A stretch of DNA of 64,000 nucleotides from Candidatus Onthousia faecavium (GTDB lineage: Bacteria; Bacillota_I; Bacilli_A; RF39; UBA660), in assembly GCA_018711135.1 (NCBI GenBank), contig DVIS01000031.1, positions 17,840 through 81,839 on the forward strand. Direction: 5' to 3'. Positions 1 to 10,471 of this stretch are shown here, in pieces. The translations under genes and the position numbers were made by a program. Positions within the stretch are counted from its first letter, which is position 1; every line of letters starts with the position of its first letter. The notes beneath the pieces were generated by a model, which saw only the letters and a list, made by a program, of their open reading frames with translations, made no database searches and was not told where the DNA came from.

Positions 1-66
1 CAACAGTTTGTCAATAGCATTTTGAAATTTAAACACACTTTCCTTATAATAAAAAAGATTAGAAAT

Positions 67-759
67 CTAATCTCTATCATTTCCCATTACTACTAAGACA
101 AGTCTTAATAGTTCAAGTAATGTTGTAATAAGTCCTGCTACATAAGTAAAAGCTGCTGCTCTTAACACACTACTAGCTCCGCTTCTTTCTTCACTATTAA
201 CAATTTTTAAATCAGTTAAAAACCGTTTACCTCGTTTTGAAGCATCAAACTCTACTGGTAAGGTAATAAGTTGAAATAAAACGATTATAATCAACAACCA
301 AATTCCAACCCAAGCTAAATCAATGGCATTAAAAATTAACCCAATTAAAACAGCCATATAACCAAACTTACTACTAAAATTAACAAATGGTACTAAAAAT
401 GATCTAAATCTCAAAAAGAAATAACTTTCTTTATCCTGAACTGCATGACCACATTCATGAGCAGCGACAGATACACTAGCTATACTTGTACCATTATAAA
501 TATCCGTTGAAAGTCTAACCACTTTAGCTTTAGGATCATAATGATCACTCAGTACTCCTTTTGTCTCTACAACATAAACTTTTTCAAGTCCATTTTTCTT
601 TAATATCTCTCTTGCTGCTTCAGCACCTGTAATTCCACTTTTAACCTCTACTTTTTTATATTTACTATATTTTGTTCTAAGATATATATCTGCTCCTAAA
701 GAAATTATAAATGCTATTATTGTTAAGCTATAACCAACATAAATATAATTAAATCCCAT
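67..759 (-). CDS. YugP-like membrane zinc metallopeptidase
   Basis: 230-aa ORF with an HExxH motif (AAHECGHAVQ) between N- and C-terminal hydrophobic segments. Confidence 0.55.
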   Translation of the reverse strand: MGFNYIYVGYSLTIIAFIISLGADIYLRTKYSKYKKVEVKSGITGAEAAREILKKNGLEKVYVVETKGVLSDHYDPKAKVVRLSTDIYNGTSIASVSVAAHECGHAVQDKESYFFLRFRSFLVPFVNFSSKFGYMAVLIGLIFNAIDLAWVGIWLLIIIVLFQLITLPVEFDASKRGKRFLTDLKIVNSEERSGASSVLRAAAFTYVAGLITTLLELLRLVLVVMGNDRD

Positions 760-769
760 TTAATCCCTC

Positions 770-2152
770 CTATATTCGTTTATAAATAGTTCCTTCTCTA
801 CCGTCTATTAACTGTATACCTTGACTAAGTAACAACTCTCTAATTCTATCAGCTTCAACATAATTTTTATTTTTTTTCGCAATATTCCTCTCTTCAATAA
901 GTTTTAACACCTCATCACCTAATTCTATTATATCATCTTTTAGTAAATCTAGTCCTAAAACTTTATCAAATTCTTCTACTAAAAATCGTTTACTATAATC
1001 ATTTAAAGAGCTTTTAAGCACCTCATAAAGAACAGTTAAAGCTAAAGCCGTATTCATATCATCTCCTAAAGCCTCTTTAAATTTATCAAGGTATTGCTCT
1101 ACCTCCTTTTGAATATCTCCTTCTGTTTTCAAAGCTAAAGTTCTATTTTTTAATTTCAAATATGTCCGTTCTGCTTGATCTAAGGCCTCATAAGTAAAAA
1201 GTAAAGGTTTACGATAATGAGACTCTAGACACATATAGCGATAGCTTAAAGGATTATAACCTTTATCTTCTAAGGTTTTAACAGTCAAAACATCTCCTTT
1301 AGACTTACTCATCTTTCCTCTTTGATCATTTAAATGTTCTCCATGAACCCAATAATTACACCATTTATGTCCAAGATAAGCCTCACTTTGTGCAATTTCA
1401 TTAGTATGATGTGGAAAAATATTATCAACTCCACCACAATGAATATCTAAGTATTCACCTAAATTTTTAATAGCAATTGCAGAACACTCTATATGCCAAC
1501 CAGGATATCCTAAACCAAAAGGACTTTCCCATTTTAACTCCTGATCATCAAATTTTGATTTTGTAAACCACAAAACAAAGTCTGCCTGATTTTTCTTATT
1601 AGGATCAGCTTCTACCCCAGCTCTTACTCCTACTACCATTTCATCAATTTTATGATTTGTAAGAACATAATAATCTTTTAATTTAGATACGTCAAAATAA
1701 ACATTTCCTCCAGCTTGATAAGCATAATTATCAGCAAGTAACTTTTCAATCATTTTTATATAATAATCTATATTTTCTGTTGCAGGACTAACAATACTAG
1801 GCCAAGTAATATTGAGTTTGCTTGCATCTTTTTTAAATTCTTCTGTATAGAATTTAGCAATATCTAAAACTGTTTTATGTTCTCTCCTGGCACTTTTAAG
1901 CATTTTATCTTCCCCGCTATCAGAGTCACTTGATAAATGTCCAACATCAGTAATATTCATTGCTCTTTTAACTTTATATCCTAATAAAGTAAGTGTCTTC
2001 TCTAATATATCTTCCATTATATAAGTTCTTAAATTACCAATATGAGCATAATGATAAACAGTAGGCCCACAAGTATACATCTTAATCTCATTTTTATCTA
2101 TTGGTACAAACTCTTCAACTTTTCTTGTAAGAGTATTATATAGCTTCATCAA
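770..2152 (-). CDS. cysS: cysteinyl-tRNA synthetase
   Basis: class I aaRS HIGN (HIGNLRTY) and KMSKS motifs, CGPTVY N-terminus, 460 aa. Confidence 0.9.
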   Translation of the reverse strand: MMKLYNTLTRKVEEFVPIDKNEIKMYTCGPTVYHYAHIGNLRTYIMEDILEKTLTLLGYKVKRAMNITDVGHLSSDSDSGEDKMLKSARREHKTVLDIAKFYTEEFKKDASKLNITWPSIVSPATENIDYYIKMIEKLLADNYAYQAGGNVYFDVSKLKDYYVLTNHKIDEMVVGVRAGVEADPNKKNQADFVLWFTKSKFDDQELKWESPFGLGYPGWHIECSAIAIKNLGEYLDIHCGGVDNIFPHHTNEIAQSEAYLGHKWCNYWVHGEHLNDQRGKMSKSKGDVLTVKTLEDKGYNPLSYRYMCLESHYRKPLLFTYEALDQAERTYLKLKNRTLALKTEGDIQKEVEQYLDKFKEALGDDMNTALALTVLYEVLKSSLNDYSKRFLVEEFDKVLGLDLLKDDIIELGDEVLKLIEERNIAKKNKNYVEADRIRELLLSQGIQLIDGREGTIYKRI

Positions 2153-2160
2153 ATCACTCC

Positions 2161-2937
2161 CTATATAATTTTATTATAAAATTTATTACCATACGTCTGC
2201 ATTTCATTATTAATATTTGTAGCACATTTATCATCACAAATTTGTGTAATAAATCCATCTCTAACTAAAAATGCCTTTCCATAAACCATGATATATTCGT
2301 CAGTTTCTAATATATGTGAACCATCACATAATGCATAGATTGATCTTCTTTTTGATTCTTCCAACAAATGATTTCTTTGATATATTTGCATTTCATTAAA
2401 TCCATTTGTATCCAGAATAAAATGTGGTTCGATATTAATATTGCTTAGCCCAAGCCCCTCAAAGTAAATAGGTTCAGATTCTTCTCCATTTTCTGGACTA
2501 TTATAAACAGATTCAGCCATATTTATGGAACCAGCACTTTGACCAATAATAATACCTTCAAAATTTTTCAATAAATCTTTTAAATGTATTTGCTTGAAAA
2601 ACTCATTTTCTATATAAGTATCTCCACCACTTAAAAAAATTACATTTGCTTTTTTAATATATTCTTCAACATTATTTTTTGTCCTATTATCTAAAATTAG
2701 GTATTCAGAAAAAGTTATGCCAGATAACTTTAATCCTTCAAAAATTAAATACGAATAGCTATCAATTTTTTCACTATCATCTGGACTAGCAGCTATGTAT
2801 AATATTGCATTGTTAGCATCAATTAGTTGTTTAATCTGGTCTATAATGTCATTAGTATTATCTATCTCATTAGGTATTTTTTTACCATCAATTTTATGAT
2901 AATGTTTAGTATTACTTGTAAAAAATAATTTTTTCAT
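2161..2937 (-). CDS. peptidase S51 / dipeptidase E-like family protein
   Basis: S51-like motifs FLSGGDTY and GQSAGSINM. Start moved to the internal ATG at 2937, which has a GGAG RBS. Confidence 0.5.
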   Translation of the reverse strand: MKKLFFTSNTKHYHKIDGKKIPNEIDNTNDIIDQIKQLIDANNAILYIAASPDDSEKIDSYSYLIFEGLKLSGITFSEYLILDNRTKNNVEEYIKKANVIFLSGGDTYIENEFFKQIHLKDLLKNFEGIIIGQSAGSINMAESVYNSPENGEESEPIYFEGLGLSNINIEPHFILDTNGFNEMQIYQRNHLLEESKRRSIYALCDGSHILETDEYIMVYGKAFLVRDGFITQICDDKCATNINNEMQTYGNKFYNKII

Positions 2938-3066
2938 AATTATCAACTCCAATTTCAAAAAATATTACTTATTTCTTAATGAAATAGGTATTCAAAATAA
3001 TAGCCCTTTTCACATATTTATTTATCAATATTATATCTTATTATTGTGTCTTTTTCTATAACATAA

Positions 3067-4365
3067 TTATTTTAATACACGCCAATAACCATTTTTATAA
3101 GCCCCTTCGCGTTTTAAATAACCCTTATCCTTTAATGAACGTATAATTTTATTAATATATACCCTACTATAATTAGTTAAATTCATTAAGGTTTCAATGT
3201 TATAACTATTATTAATTTTAATTAGTAATAAGATTTTGGTTTCCGCTTCATTTAAATCAGAATAATTATCTGCAGTTTTCTCGTCATTTAATAATTCTTT
3301 ATTAAGTGGTATAGTTACAATAATAGTATGTTCACTTATATAAAAAGCCTCTTTTCCATAATTTTTAACAATTAAAGGAATACCATGACCAGTTTGATCA
3401 ATATAATCTAAATCACAAAAAATCTTTAAAAGTTTTTTATTAACAGGTTTTGATACTCCTGCAAAAAAATCTTCCCTTGTTAATGCTGACAGTAATCCTC
3501 CATTAGAAACAATTTCAATTCTATCATCATAAATATAAACAGCAGGAGGAATTTCTTCAGACCATTTAGTATGAACGCAAGCATTAAGCCACGCTTCTCT
3601 AAAAGAACTAAAATCAAAATATTTTTCCTCTATTCTTTTGATACCACCAACTTTTACTTTAGTTTCATTAATGCTTTCCATATATTCCAAAACATTATTA
3701 ACAGAAAGTAACAAACACTTACCACCATAATCAGTTCTTTTTAACATTACTGATTTATCAACACCTGCAAATGTAACAACCTTAATAGATAAATCATTAG
3801 AATCTGCTAGCAACTCCGCCATTAAATTATATTTATTATCACCCGTTTTTAACCCTAAATTATCTTCAAATTTATCATTATTTATTTTAACGTTATTTGA
3901 AATATATAAAGTTTTTAACATTTTAAATGTCAAATCTTGATTAGAGGCTACTTTTTTAATAATATAATCAGGTTCACCATCTTTGTTTATTAATGCTTTA
4001 AGCATCTCTGGGGATAACTGTTTATCTTCATCAAATGACCTACTATAATATTTACCAAAAGCAGAATACGGAACATTGTCTCCCTTAGCATAAACTTTAA
4101 TGATCTTTTTATCTTCAATTAATTCTAATGATATATGAGGAATAATTTGAGGTTTTATTCCTTCAGAAATTTTTCTTGAAACATCTCTTAATGTATTTTC
4201 ATTTAAATCCTTCTGACCAATCACATCACCATTATTTTTTACTCCAAAATATACTGTACCTTCATTATGTTTATTAAGCATAGCAGATAATGATATAACA
4301 CCATCAATAAGTTCGCTGGTACTTTTTTTAAATTCCATTTTTTCAGATTCAATTCCTAAATTCAT
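3067..4365 (-). CDS. AlbA_2/Schlafen-like DNA-binding protein with RecG-C-terminal-like ATP-binding domain
   Basis: N-terminal AlbA_2-like region (GTVYFGVKNNGDVIGQ). Start placed at ATG 4365, which is preceded by GGAGG; the upstream in-frame KVYN repeats are a non-coding 12-bp tandem repeat. Confidence 0.5.
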   Translation of the reverse strand: MNLGIESEKMEFKKSTSELIDGVISLSAMLNKHNEGTVYFGVKNNGDVIGQKDLNENTLRDVSRKISEGIKPQIIPHISLELIEDKKIIKVYAKGDNVPYSAFGKYYSRSFDEDKQLSPEMLKALINKDGEPDYIIKKVASNQDLTFKMLKTLYISNNVKINNDKFEDNLGLKTGDNKYNLMAELLADSNDLSIKVVTFAGVDKSVMLKRTDYGGKCLLLSVNNVLEYMESINETKVKVGGIKRIEEKYFDFSSFREAWLNACVHTKWSEEIPPAVYIYDDRIEIVSNGGLLSALTREDFFAGVSKPVNKKLLKIFCDLDYIDQTGHGIPLIVKNYGKEAFYISEHTIIVTIPLNKELLNDEKTADNYSDLNEAETKILLLIKINNSYNIETLMNLTNYSRVYINKIIRSLKDKGYLKREGAYKNGYWRVLK

Positions 4366-4380
4366 CTTTCTTTCCTCCAC

Positions 4381-4440
4381 TTTATTGTATACTTTATTGT
4401 ATACTTTATTATATACTTTATTGTATACTTTATCAATATT
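4381..4440. repeat. 12-bp tandem repeat TTTATTGTATAC x4.5 in the promoter region of the 3067-4365 gene
   Basis: direct reading: units at 4381, 4393, 4405 (one substitution), 4417 and a partial at 4429, immediately upstream of the RBS. Confidence 0.75.
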
Positions 4441-4505
4441 TTGATTAAAATTTACAAAAATAATTATCCACAAAAATAATACCCAACTAAATAAACCTCA
4501 AGACT

Positions 4506-5747
4506 TTAATCTTGAGGTACACTGTAATTAATAACATTGGAAATAGGAATAATATAATTACTTTCATCTAATTTCGTCAAAATATCATAAAAACAAATTA
4601 TTCCACCAGTTCCAATTTCTTTTTTAGTTTTATCTAACTTACTAAAATTCTTAATCATTTCTTTTTTAGGAATAGCAGTTTTCTTTATTTCTAAGGGATA
4701 CAACTTATTATTTTTATAAAATATTAAATCAATTTCATTTTTTTCTTTATCACGATAATAATAAAGATTAGGAGTAATTCCTCTTGCATTATAGGCTTTA
4801 ATGATTTCACTTACAATGAATGTTTCTAAATAATGTCCTGAATTAGAACTAAGTTGTAACTCTCTTGCACTAGTATATCCAGATAGATAAGCAGAAAGAC
4901 CAGTATCCATAAATACAATTTTAGGTAAATGAGTTATTCTTTTAAGTTCGCTATTCATATAAGGTTCAAGTAAATAAACTAGTCCAGAGGTAACTAATAT
5001 ACTCATCCACCTAACAGCAGTAGGAACACTAATTAAAGCATCAGTTGCAAGGGCAGTATAATTAAGTTGTTCACCCGTCCTAGAAGCAACACTTATGATA
5101 AATTTTCTGAAACTAAGTTCGTTTCCTATTTCAGTTAATTCTCTAACATCACGAGAAATATAAGTATCAACATAACTACTAAAATAAATATCTCGGGACA
5201 TTTCCTTTTCCATATAAAGCGTAGGCATACCACCTTTATATATGATTTCATATAGTTTATTAACATCAATCTTAGGCATAGTTTTCATTTCATTTAATTT
5301 AGCAGGATCAAACAATTCTTTTCTGTTATTTTCAACAATCTCTGAATACATAAGACTATTTAAATTAATAATACCAACCCTACCTGCTAAAGATTCACCA
5401 ACATTTTTCATTAAATGAAACTGTTGTGACCCTGTTAACCAATACATTCCATTTTTATTTTCTTTATCAACATTTATTTTTATATATGAAAACAAATTAG
5501 GTGCATATTGTACCTCGTCAATAAGTAAAGGGGCAGGATGTTCTTCTAAAAACAATTTAGGATCATTTTTTGCTTGTTCTCGAAAAACCTCATCGTCCAA
5601 AGTTATATATTCCATATTATCAGGCTTAATACTTAATAACAAAGTAGTTTTTCCTACTTGTCTTGGACCTGTAACTAATAACACTTTAAAAGTCTTACTT
5701 ATTCTTTCTACTATTGCTGTCGCCTCTCTAGCATACATAAATATCAC
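4506..5747 (-). CDS. AAA-family ATPase (DUF4143-type)
   Basis: Walker A GPRQVGKTT near the N-terminus, 413 aa. Confidence 0.55.
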   Translation of the reverse strand: MIFMYAREATAIVERISKTFKVLLVTGPRQVGKTTLLLSIKPDNMEYITLDDEVFREQAKNDPKLFLEEHPAPLLIDEVQYAPNLFSYIKINVDKENKNGMYWLTGSQQFHLMKNVGESLAGRVGIINLNSLMYSEIVENNRKELFDPAKLNEMKTMPKIDVNKLYEIIYKGGMPTLYMEKEMSRDIYFSSYVDTYISRDVRELTEIGNELSFRKFIISVASRTGEQLNYTALATDALISVPTAVRWMSILVTSGLVYLLEPYMNSELKRITHLPKIVFMDTGLSAYLSGYTSARELQLSSNSGHYLETFIVSEIIKAYNARGITPNLYYYRDKEKNEIDLIFYKNNKLYPLEIKKTAIPKKEMIKNFSKLDKTKKEIGTGGIICFYDILTKLDESNYIIPISNVINYSVPQD

Positions 5748-5855
5748 AGCCTTTCACTATTATAATACCTTTAAATGTTACAAAAGTCAATACGAAGATA
5801 TTAAAATAGTCAGCGAATATATATTAAAACGGTCAACAGCGTTATGTTAAATTAG

Positions 5856-8150
5856 TCATACTACAATTTCTTTTTTACCATTAAACCAAGCATCAACAAT
5901 TAACGATGTTACAACCTCATCAATAACTTTATCCACTCTTCTTGCTCCAAACTTTTCATATTGGCTATTCTCTATAACTTTATCCACAATTTCTTTGGAA
6001 AAGTTCACCGCAATATCTTTCTCTTTAAAGGCCTCTTTTAAAATGTTTAATTTGTTTTCCACAATTTTGTGGATAAAATTTTCTGTCATCTTGTTAAAGT
6101 AATATATTTTTTCAATTCTATTAAGAAATTCTACTCCTAAAAATTCCTCTAACTCACTATTTTTTTCTAGTCCATTCCCCATAAAGCCAAGTTGTTCTTT
6201 ATGCATACCTAAATTAGTAGTCATAAACAAAAATATATTATCAAATCTAACTTTCCGTCCTTTTGAATCTGTCAAGAATCCTTCATCCATAACTTGTAAA
6301 AAAAGCTTTAACACTACACTACTAGCTTTTTCTATTTCATCAAGTAATAATACTGCATGTGGATGCATTCTAATATTATCTAAAACTGTAAAATGATCAT
6401 CAAATCCTACATAACCTGGTGGAGAACCAATAATCTTACTAACAGAATGCTCTTCTTTATATTCACTCATATCAAGTCTAATAAAATTAGCCTCTCCATA
6501 AAGTAGTTTTGCAAACTCTTTAACTAATAAAGTCTTACCCACTCCTGTTTTTCCACAGAAAAGAAATGAATGCACTTTTAAACTAGTATCAAAACCTAAC
6601 TGCACTTTTTTAACCCTACTACAAAGATCTTTAATAATCTCTTCTTGACCAACTATCTCTTTATTCAAAACATTACAAAGATTATTAATCTCTTTTCTAC
6701 TCCCCTTATTTATCTCATAAACAGGTATTTTTGTCTTTAAATGTATAACCTCAGCAATCATCTCTTTTGTTATTTTCCGTGGTTTCTTATGCGCTATAAT
6801 CTTAAGTTCTAAATCATTCTTTTTACTAATTAGTTTCTTTTCGTCTTCTCGATACTTAGAAGCCATATCAAAATCCTGTTTCATTATTGCTTCTTTCTTA
6901 TTAGTATTTAACTCTTTCAATTGCATATTAATTTTTGAAAGAGTACTATCATCTTTTCCTTCAAGCAATGACACTCTTGTCGCTACCTCATCTAGTATAT
7001 CTATCGCTTTATCAGGTTGATAATATTCATAGATATATTTATTACTTAAATCAACGATTAGTTCAATCATTTCTTCACTAATACTCACAAAGTGATAAGC
7101 TTCATATAAAGGTTTAAGTTTATTTAAAATCTCAATCGTTTTCTCCCTACTTGGTTCATTAACCATAATTAATTGAAATCTTCTATTCAATGCTTTATCT
7201 TTTTCAATAAAATTATGATATTCTAAAATTGTTGTCGCTCCTATTAGTTGAATCTTCCCTCTGGCTAAAGCTGGTTTAATAATATTAGACGCATCAATTG
7301 CTCCTTCAGCTCCTCCAGCACCCACAATCGTATGTATTTCATCAATAAAGATAATTATGTCCTCATTTTCTTCTAATTCTTTAAGTATCTTTGAAATTCT
7401 CTCCTCAAACTCTCCACGATATTTTGTCCCCGCTACCAAACCAGCCATCGGTACTGATAATATTGTTTTTCCCTTTAAGGCTTTAGGTACTGTATCAAGT
7501 GTAATTCTTCTTGCTAACTCTTCAACAATCGCTGTTTTTCCAACTCCAGCTTCACCTATTAATAAAGGATTATTTTTTCCTCTCCGGCAAAGAATTTCAA
7601 TTAACTGCTCTAATTCTTCATCCCTACCAATAACAGGATCAATTTCATTGTTTAAAGCTTTTTTATTTAAGTCTACTGCAAACTCTTCAACCATTAGTTT
7701 CTTATGCAATAGTTTCTTAGAACTCTTACTATCCTTGACTAAATTTGTATATAACTCATCAACATCGATATTAAGGCCAATCAAAAGTCTAATTGCAACG
7801 CCTTCTCCTTCTTCAAGTATAGCTAGAAAAAGTTCTGTAACACTAACTTCTATTTCCCCTTTCTCTTTACTATTTAAAATCGCTGTTTCAATAACCCTTT
7901 TTAACAAAGGTGTATACAAAAACCAATTGTTACCTTTTTTACCTATCCCAACAATTCTAATTAATTCTTCTTTAAAAATTTCGTAAGTTATATTGTAACT
8001 TGCTAATCTTTTTGTAATATCTATTTTTTTCATTGAAAGTATTGCTAAAAATAAATGTTCACTTCCTACATAAGGGTGTTTTAATTGATTCATCTCCCTT
8101 TTAGCTAATACTAAGGCTTTCTGTGCTTCTTCACTAAATCTTGAAAACAT
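5856..8150 (-). CDS. clpC: ATP-dependent Clp protease ATP-binding subunit ClpC-like
   Basis: Clp_N repeats, two AAA modules (GEAGVGKTA and GKTGVGKT), 764 aa. Confidence 0.8.
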   Translation of the reverse strand: MFSRFSEEAQKALVLAKREMNQLKHPYVGSEHLFLAILSMKKIDITKRLASYNITYEIFKEELIRIVGIGKKGNNWFLYTPLLKRVIETAILNSKEKGEIEVSVTELFLAILEEGEGVAIRLLIGLNIDVDELYTNLVKDSKSSKKLLHKKLMVEEFAVDLNKKALNNEIDPVIGRDEELEQLIEILCRRGKNNPLLIGEAGVGKTAIVEELARRITLDTVPKALKGKTILSVPMAGLVAGTKYRGEFEERISKILKELEENEDIIIFIDEIHTIVGAGGAEGAIDASNIIKPALARGKIQLIGATTILEYHNFIEKDKALNRRFQLIMVNEPSREKTIEILNKLKPLYEAYHFVSISEEMIELIVDLSNKYIYEYYQPDKAIDILDEVATRVSLLEGKDDSTLSKINMQLKELNTNKKEAIMKQDFDMASKYREDEKKLISKKNDLELKIIAHKKPRKITKEMIAEVIHLKTKIPVYEINKGSRKEINNLCNVLNKEIVGQEEIIKDLCSRVKKVQLGFDTSLKVHSFLFCGKTGVGKTLLVKEFAKLLYGEANFIRLDMSEYKEEHSVSKIIGSPPGYVGFDDHFTVLDNIRMHPHAVLLLDEIEKASSVVLKLFLQVMDEGFLTDSKGRKVRFDNIFLFMTTNLGMHKEQLGFMGNGLEKNSELEEFLGVEFLNRIEKIYYFNKMTENFIHKIVENKLNILKEAFKEKDIAVNFSKEIVDKVIENSQYEKFGARRVDKVIDEVVTSLIVDAWFNGKKEIVV

Positions 8151-8223
8151 CTTTTCTCCTCCTCAATTCTATTTTAAGGTTTTAAAAGAATAATTATCAA
8201 GAAATAGTCATCCCAAAAAAATG

Positions 8224-8250
8224 ACAAAAAAAGCCCTATTTCTAAGGCTT
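8224..8250 (-). terminator. intrinsic terminator after the 8258-9658 gene
   Basis: hairpin AAGCC...GGCTT followed by a U tract on the minus strand. Confidence 0.4.
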
Positions 8251-8257
8251 CGCTTTT

Positions 8258-9658
8258 TTAAACAATTAGTAGTAGAATTGTAAAGATAATAAAAGCTACT
8301 ACTAATAATGCTACTAATAACTTCCAAATATATTTAAACCAATCTTTATAAGATGCACCTGTATAAGCAAGAGTTAACATAAGTGGAATACTAGTAGGAG
8401 CAACAAGTGTTACAATACCATATAAGGCTTGGAAAATAACTGCTATCATTTGATAATAATTAGTATCAGTTACAACGCTAACAAAATAAGGTAAAACACT
8501 ATAAAAAGCATATACTGGATCACCATTAAAGATACTAGATAATACTATTACTAAACCAGTAGTAAAAATATTAAATCCCTTAGATAATCCTAAAATAACT
8601 TTATAAATAACTAATTGATAAGGATCGTATGTTGTAAGTACTAAAACTGTATATATTAATATAACAATTGTAGCAGGTAATAAAGCTTTTTTAACACCTT
8701 TACCAAAAGCATTAATAATCTCATCCCATTTAATCTTATAAACAAATTTAATAATAATCACTGCTAATATCATTATTGTAATTAATTCTAATAATGACCA
8801 ATAACCAAATGGACTAACCGCTCCCAAAATCTTACCAAAAATAGGGAATCCAAATAGTTCAAATTCTGTTACAGCAGTATAAACATCTGTAAATAAGTCG
8901 ATACCAAAAGAATTTGACCAAGTAATAAATCCTAAAACCATTACTAAGAATATTAAGTCTAAAATAATAACTAAAGGCCATATTCTTTTCTTTGCTTTTC
9001 CTTTAACAGGTTCAGGAATAAATTCATCTTTTTCAATTTCTTTCTTAAGACTATCTTTTTTGCTAAACTTAACAACACTTAAAGCAAGTAAAATAATTCC
9101 AATAACTAATAAAATTACTTTTGCCCAAATTAAATCTGTAAGTTCAACTGATAGATATTCTTGTAAAACTTGGGTAGTGTTATAAGCAAATGTGGTTCCC
9201 ATTAAACCTACAGCTACACTACCAGCTGTAACAGCCACAGTAGCAACACGACTATATCCCATCATTAATAACAAAGAAATAACAAATGGGAAAAACATTA
9301 ATAAAGCTAACTGCAAACCTGCAAAAGATGTTAATATCGCAAATAAAGAAATAATTACAATAACGAAAATTGTCTCTTTACCTTTAAACTTTTTACAGAT
9401 AGAATCTAACATAGCTCGATAGGCTCCTGTTTTAAATAAAACACCATAGAATCCACCAACTACTAACACAAATAATGCAACATATCCAAAATAACCTAGA
9501 ACCGTTGATTGATAAGATAAAATATCAAATAAACCAACTTGATATCTACCAATTTCAGTATATTCCATTTGATAAGTAGCACAAGGTATAATCCATGTCA
9601 ATAGAGCACAAATTAGCAACGTTATGATTGCAACTTTCAACACTTTATGCTTTTTCAT
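8258..9658 (-). CDS. polytopic membrane transporter (YfcC/anaerobic C4-dicarboxylate carrier-like)
   Basis: about 12 predicted TM segments. Start placed at ATG 9658, which has a GGAGAG RBS. Confidence 0.4.
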   Translation of the reverse strand: MKKHKVLKVAIITLLICALLTWIIPCATYQMEYTEIGRYQVGLFDILSYQSTVLGYFGYVALFVLVVGGFYGVLFKTGAYRAMLDSICKKFKGKETIFVIVIISLFAILTSFAGLQLALLMFFPFVISLLLMMGYSRVATVAVTAGSVAVGLMGTTFAYNTTQVLQEYLSVELTDLIWAKVILLVIGIILLALSVVKFSKKDSLKKEIEKDEFIPEPVKGKAKKRIWPLVIILDLIFLVMVLGFITWSNSFGIDLFTDVYTAVTEFELFGFPIFGKILGAVSPFGYWSLLELITIMILAVIIIKFVYKIKWDEIINAFGKGVKKALLPATIVILIYTVLVLTTYDPYQLVIYKVILGLSKGFNIFTTGLVIVLSSIFNGDPVYAFYSVLPYFVSVVTDTNYYQMIAVIFQALYGIVTLVAPTSIPLMLTLAYTGASYKDWFKYIWKLLVALLVVAFIIFTILLLIV

Positions 9659-9714
9659 ATCATTCTCTCCTTCCATCTATAATTATACGAACAAATCCTT
9701 TGTTTTACAAGCTT

Positions 9715-10413
9715 TTAACGTTTTTTTTGATGAAATTTTTGTGAAGAATTTATCGCTCTAAAAAAAGCCGAAAAAAGATTATAAGCATTCTTATCAATTG
9801 ACAATAAAGATTCAGGATGCCATTGTACTCCAATTATAAAAGTTTTACTTTTTAACTCAACTCCTTCTATAAATCCATCCTCACTTAAAGCTGTAATATA
9901 ACAAGACGGCATATCAGGAACATGATAATTATGTCTCGAATTAACCAATATTTTTTCTTGTCCCAATATCTTAAACAATTTACTGTCTTCAGCAATATTA
10001 ACATAATGACAATATTGTTTATCTGGTTGATAATGTTTTATTTGCGACTTATTTAACACTGTATTATCAATTCTTCTATCATCATTTATTAGTACTTTAC
10101 TTAATATTTGCATACCTAAACAAATACCTAATAAAGGTTTATCTTCTTTTATCGCATATTTAATAACTAATTCATCAAGATGAGTAAATAACTCTCCACC
10201 AGGTACAATAAAACCATCACATAGTTTTAATAATCTAGTTAAATCTCTCTCTTCTAATTTACTATAAGTATATTCTAATTCTACTTTATCTTCTAACGGT
10301 AAAATTAATACTGGAATCCCTCCCATTTTAATAACCGCTTTTCTTATACTTTCAACACAACCACTATTTCCATCAGAACATACTCTACTAACTATTCCAA
10401 TAAACGGTTTCAA
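9715..10413 (-). CDS. class I glutamine amidotransferase-like (peptidase C26 / gamma-glutamyl hydrolase family)
   Basis: GICLGMQIL catalytic Cys motif and WHPE His motif. Confidence 0.65.
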   Translation of the reverse strand: MKPFIGIVSRVCSDGNSGCVESIRKAVIKMGGIPVLILPLEDKVELEYTYSKLEERDLTRLLKLCDGFIVPGGELFTHLDELVIKYAIKEDKPLLGICLGMQILSKVLINDDRRIDNTVLNKSQIKHYQPDKQYCHYVNIAEDSKLFKILGQEKILVNSRHNYHVPDMPSCYITALSEDGFIEGVELKSKTFIIGVQWHPESLLSIDKNAYNLFSAFFRAINSSQKFHQKKR

Positions 10414-10440
10414 AATATCACCTCTAAATATTTTATGTTA

Positions 10441-10471
10441 GAAAAAGAAAATAGACATAAAATATGTCTAT
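10441..10471 (-). terminator. intrinsic terminator of lysS
   Basis: hairpin ATAGACATAaaatATGTCTAT overlapping the lysS stop, followed by TTTCTTTTTC. Confidence 0.5.

Noticed and set aside
4366-4473. N-terminal KVYNKVYNKVYNKV extension of the AlbA_2-like ORF
   Set aside because: This is the translation of a 12-bp DNA tandem repeat. A strong GGAGG-ATG start lies downstream at 4365, so the repeat is treated as promoter DNA, not coding sequence.
7357-7986. 209-aa plus-strand ORF antisense inside clpC
   Set aside because: Low-complexity Ser/Leu-rich translation, fully embedded in a well-supported clpC gene on the opposite strand; typical antisense artefact of AT-rich DNA.
8151-8257. CtsR operator upstream of clpC
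   Set aside because: No GGTCAAA direct-repeat heptads are present in the clpC upstream region; clpC appears monocistronic, without ctsR/mcsA/mcsB.
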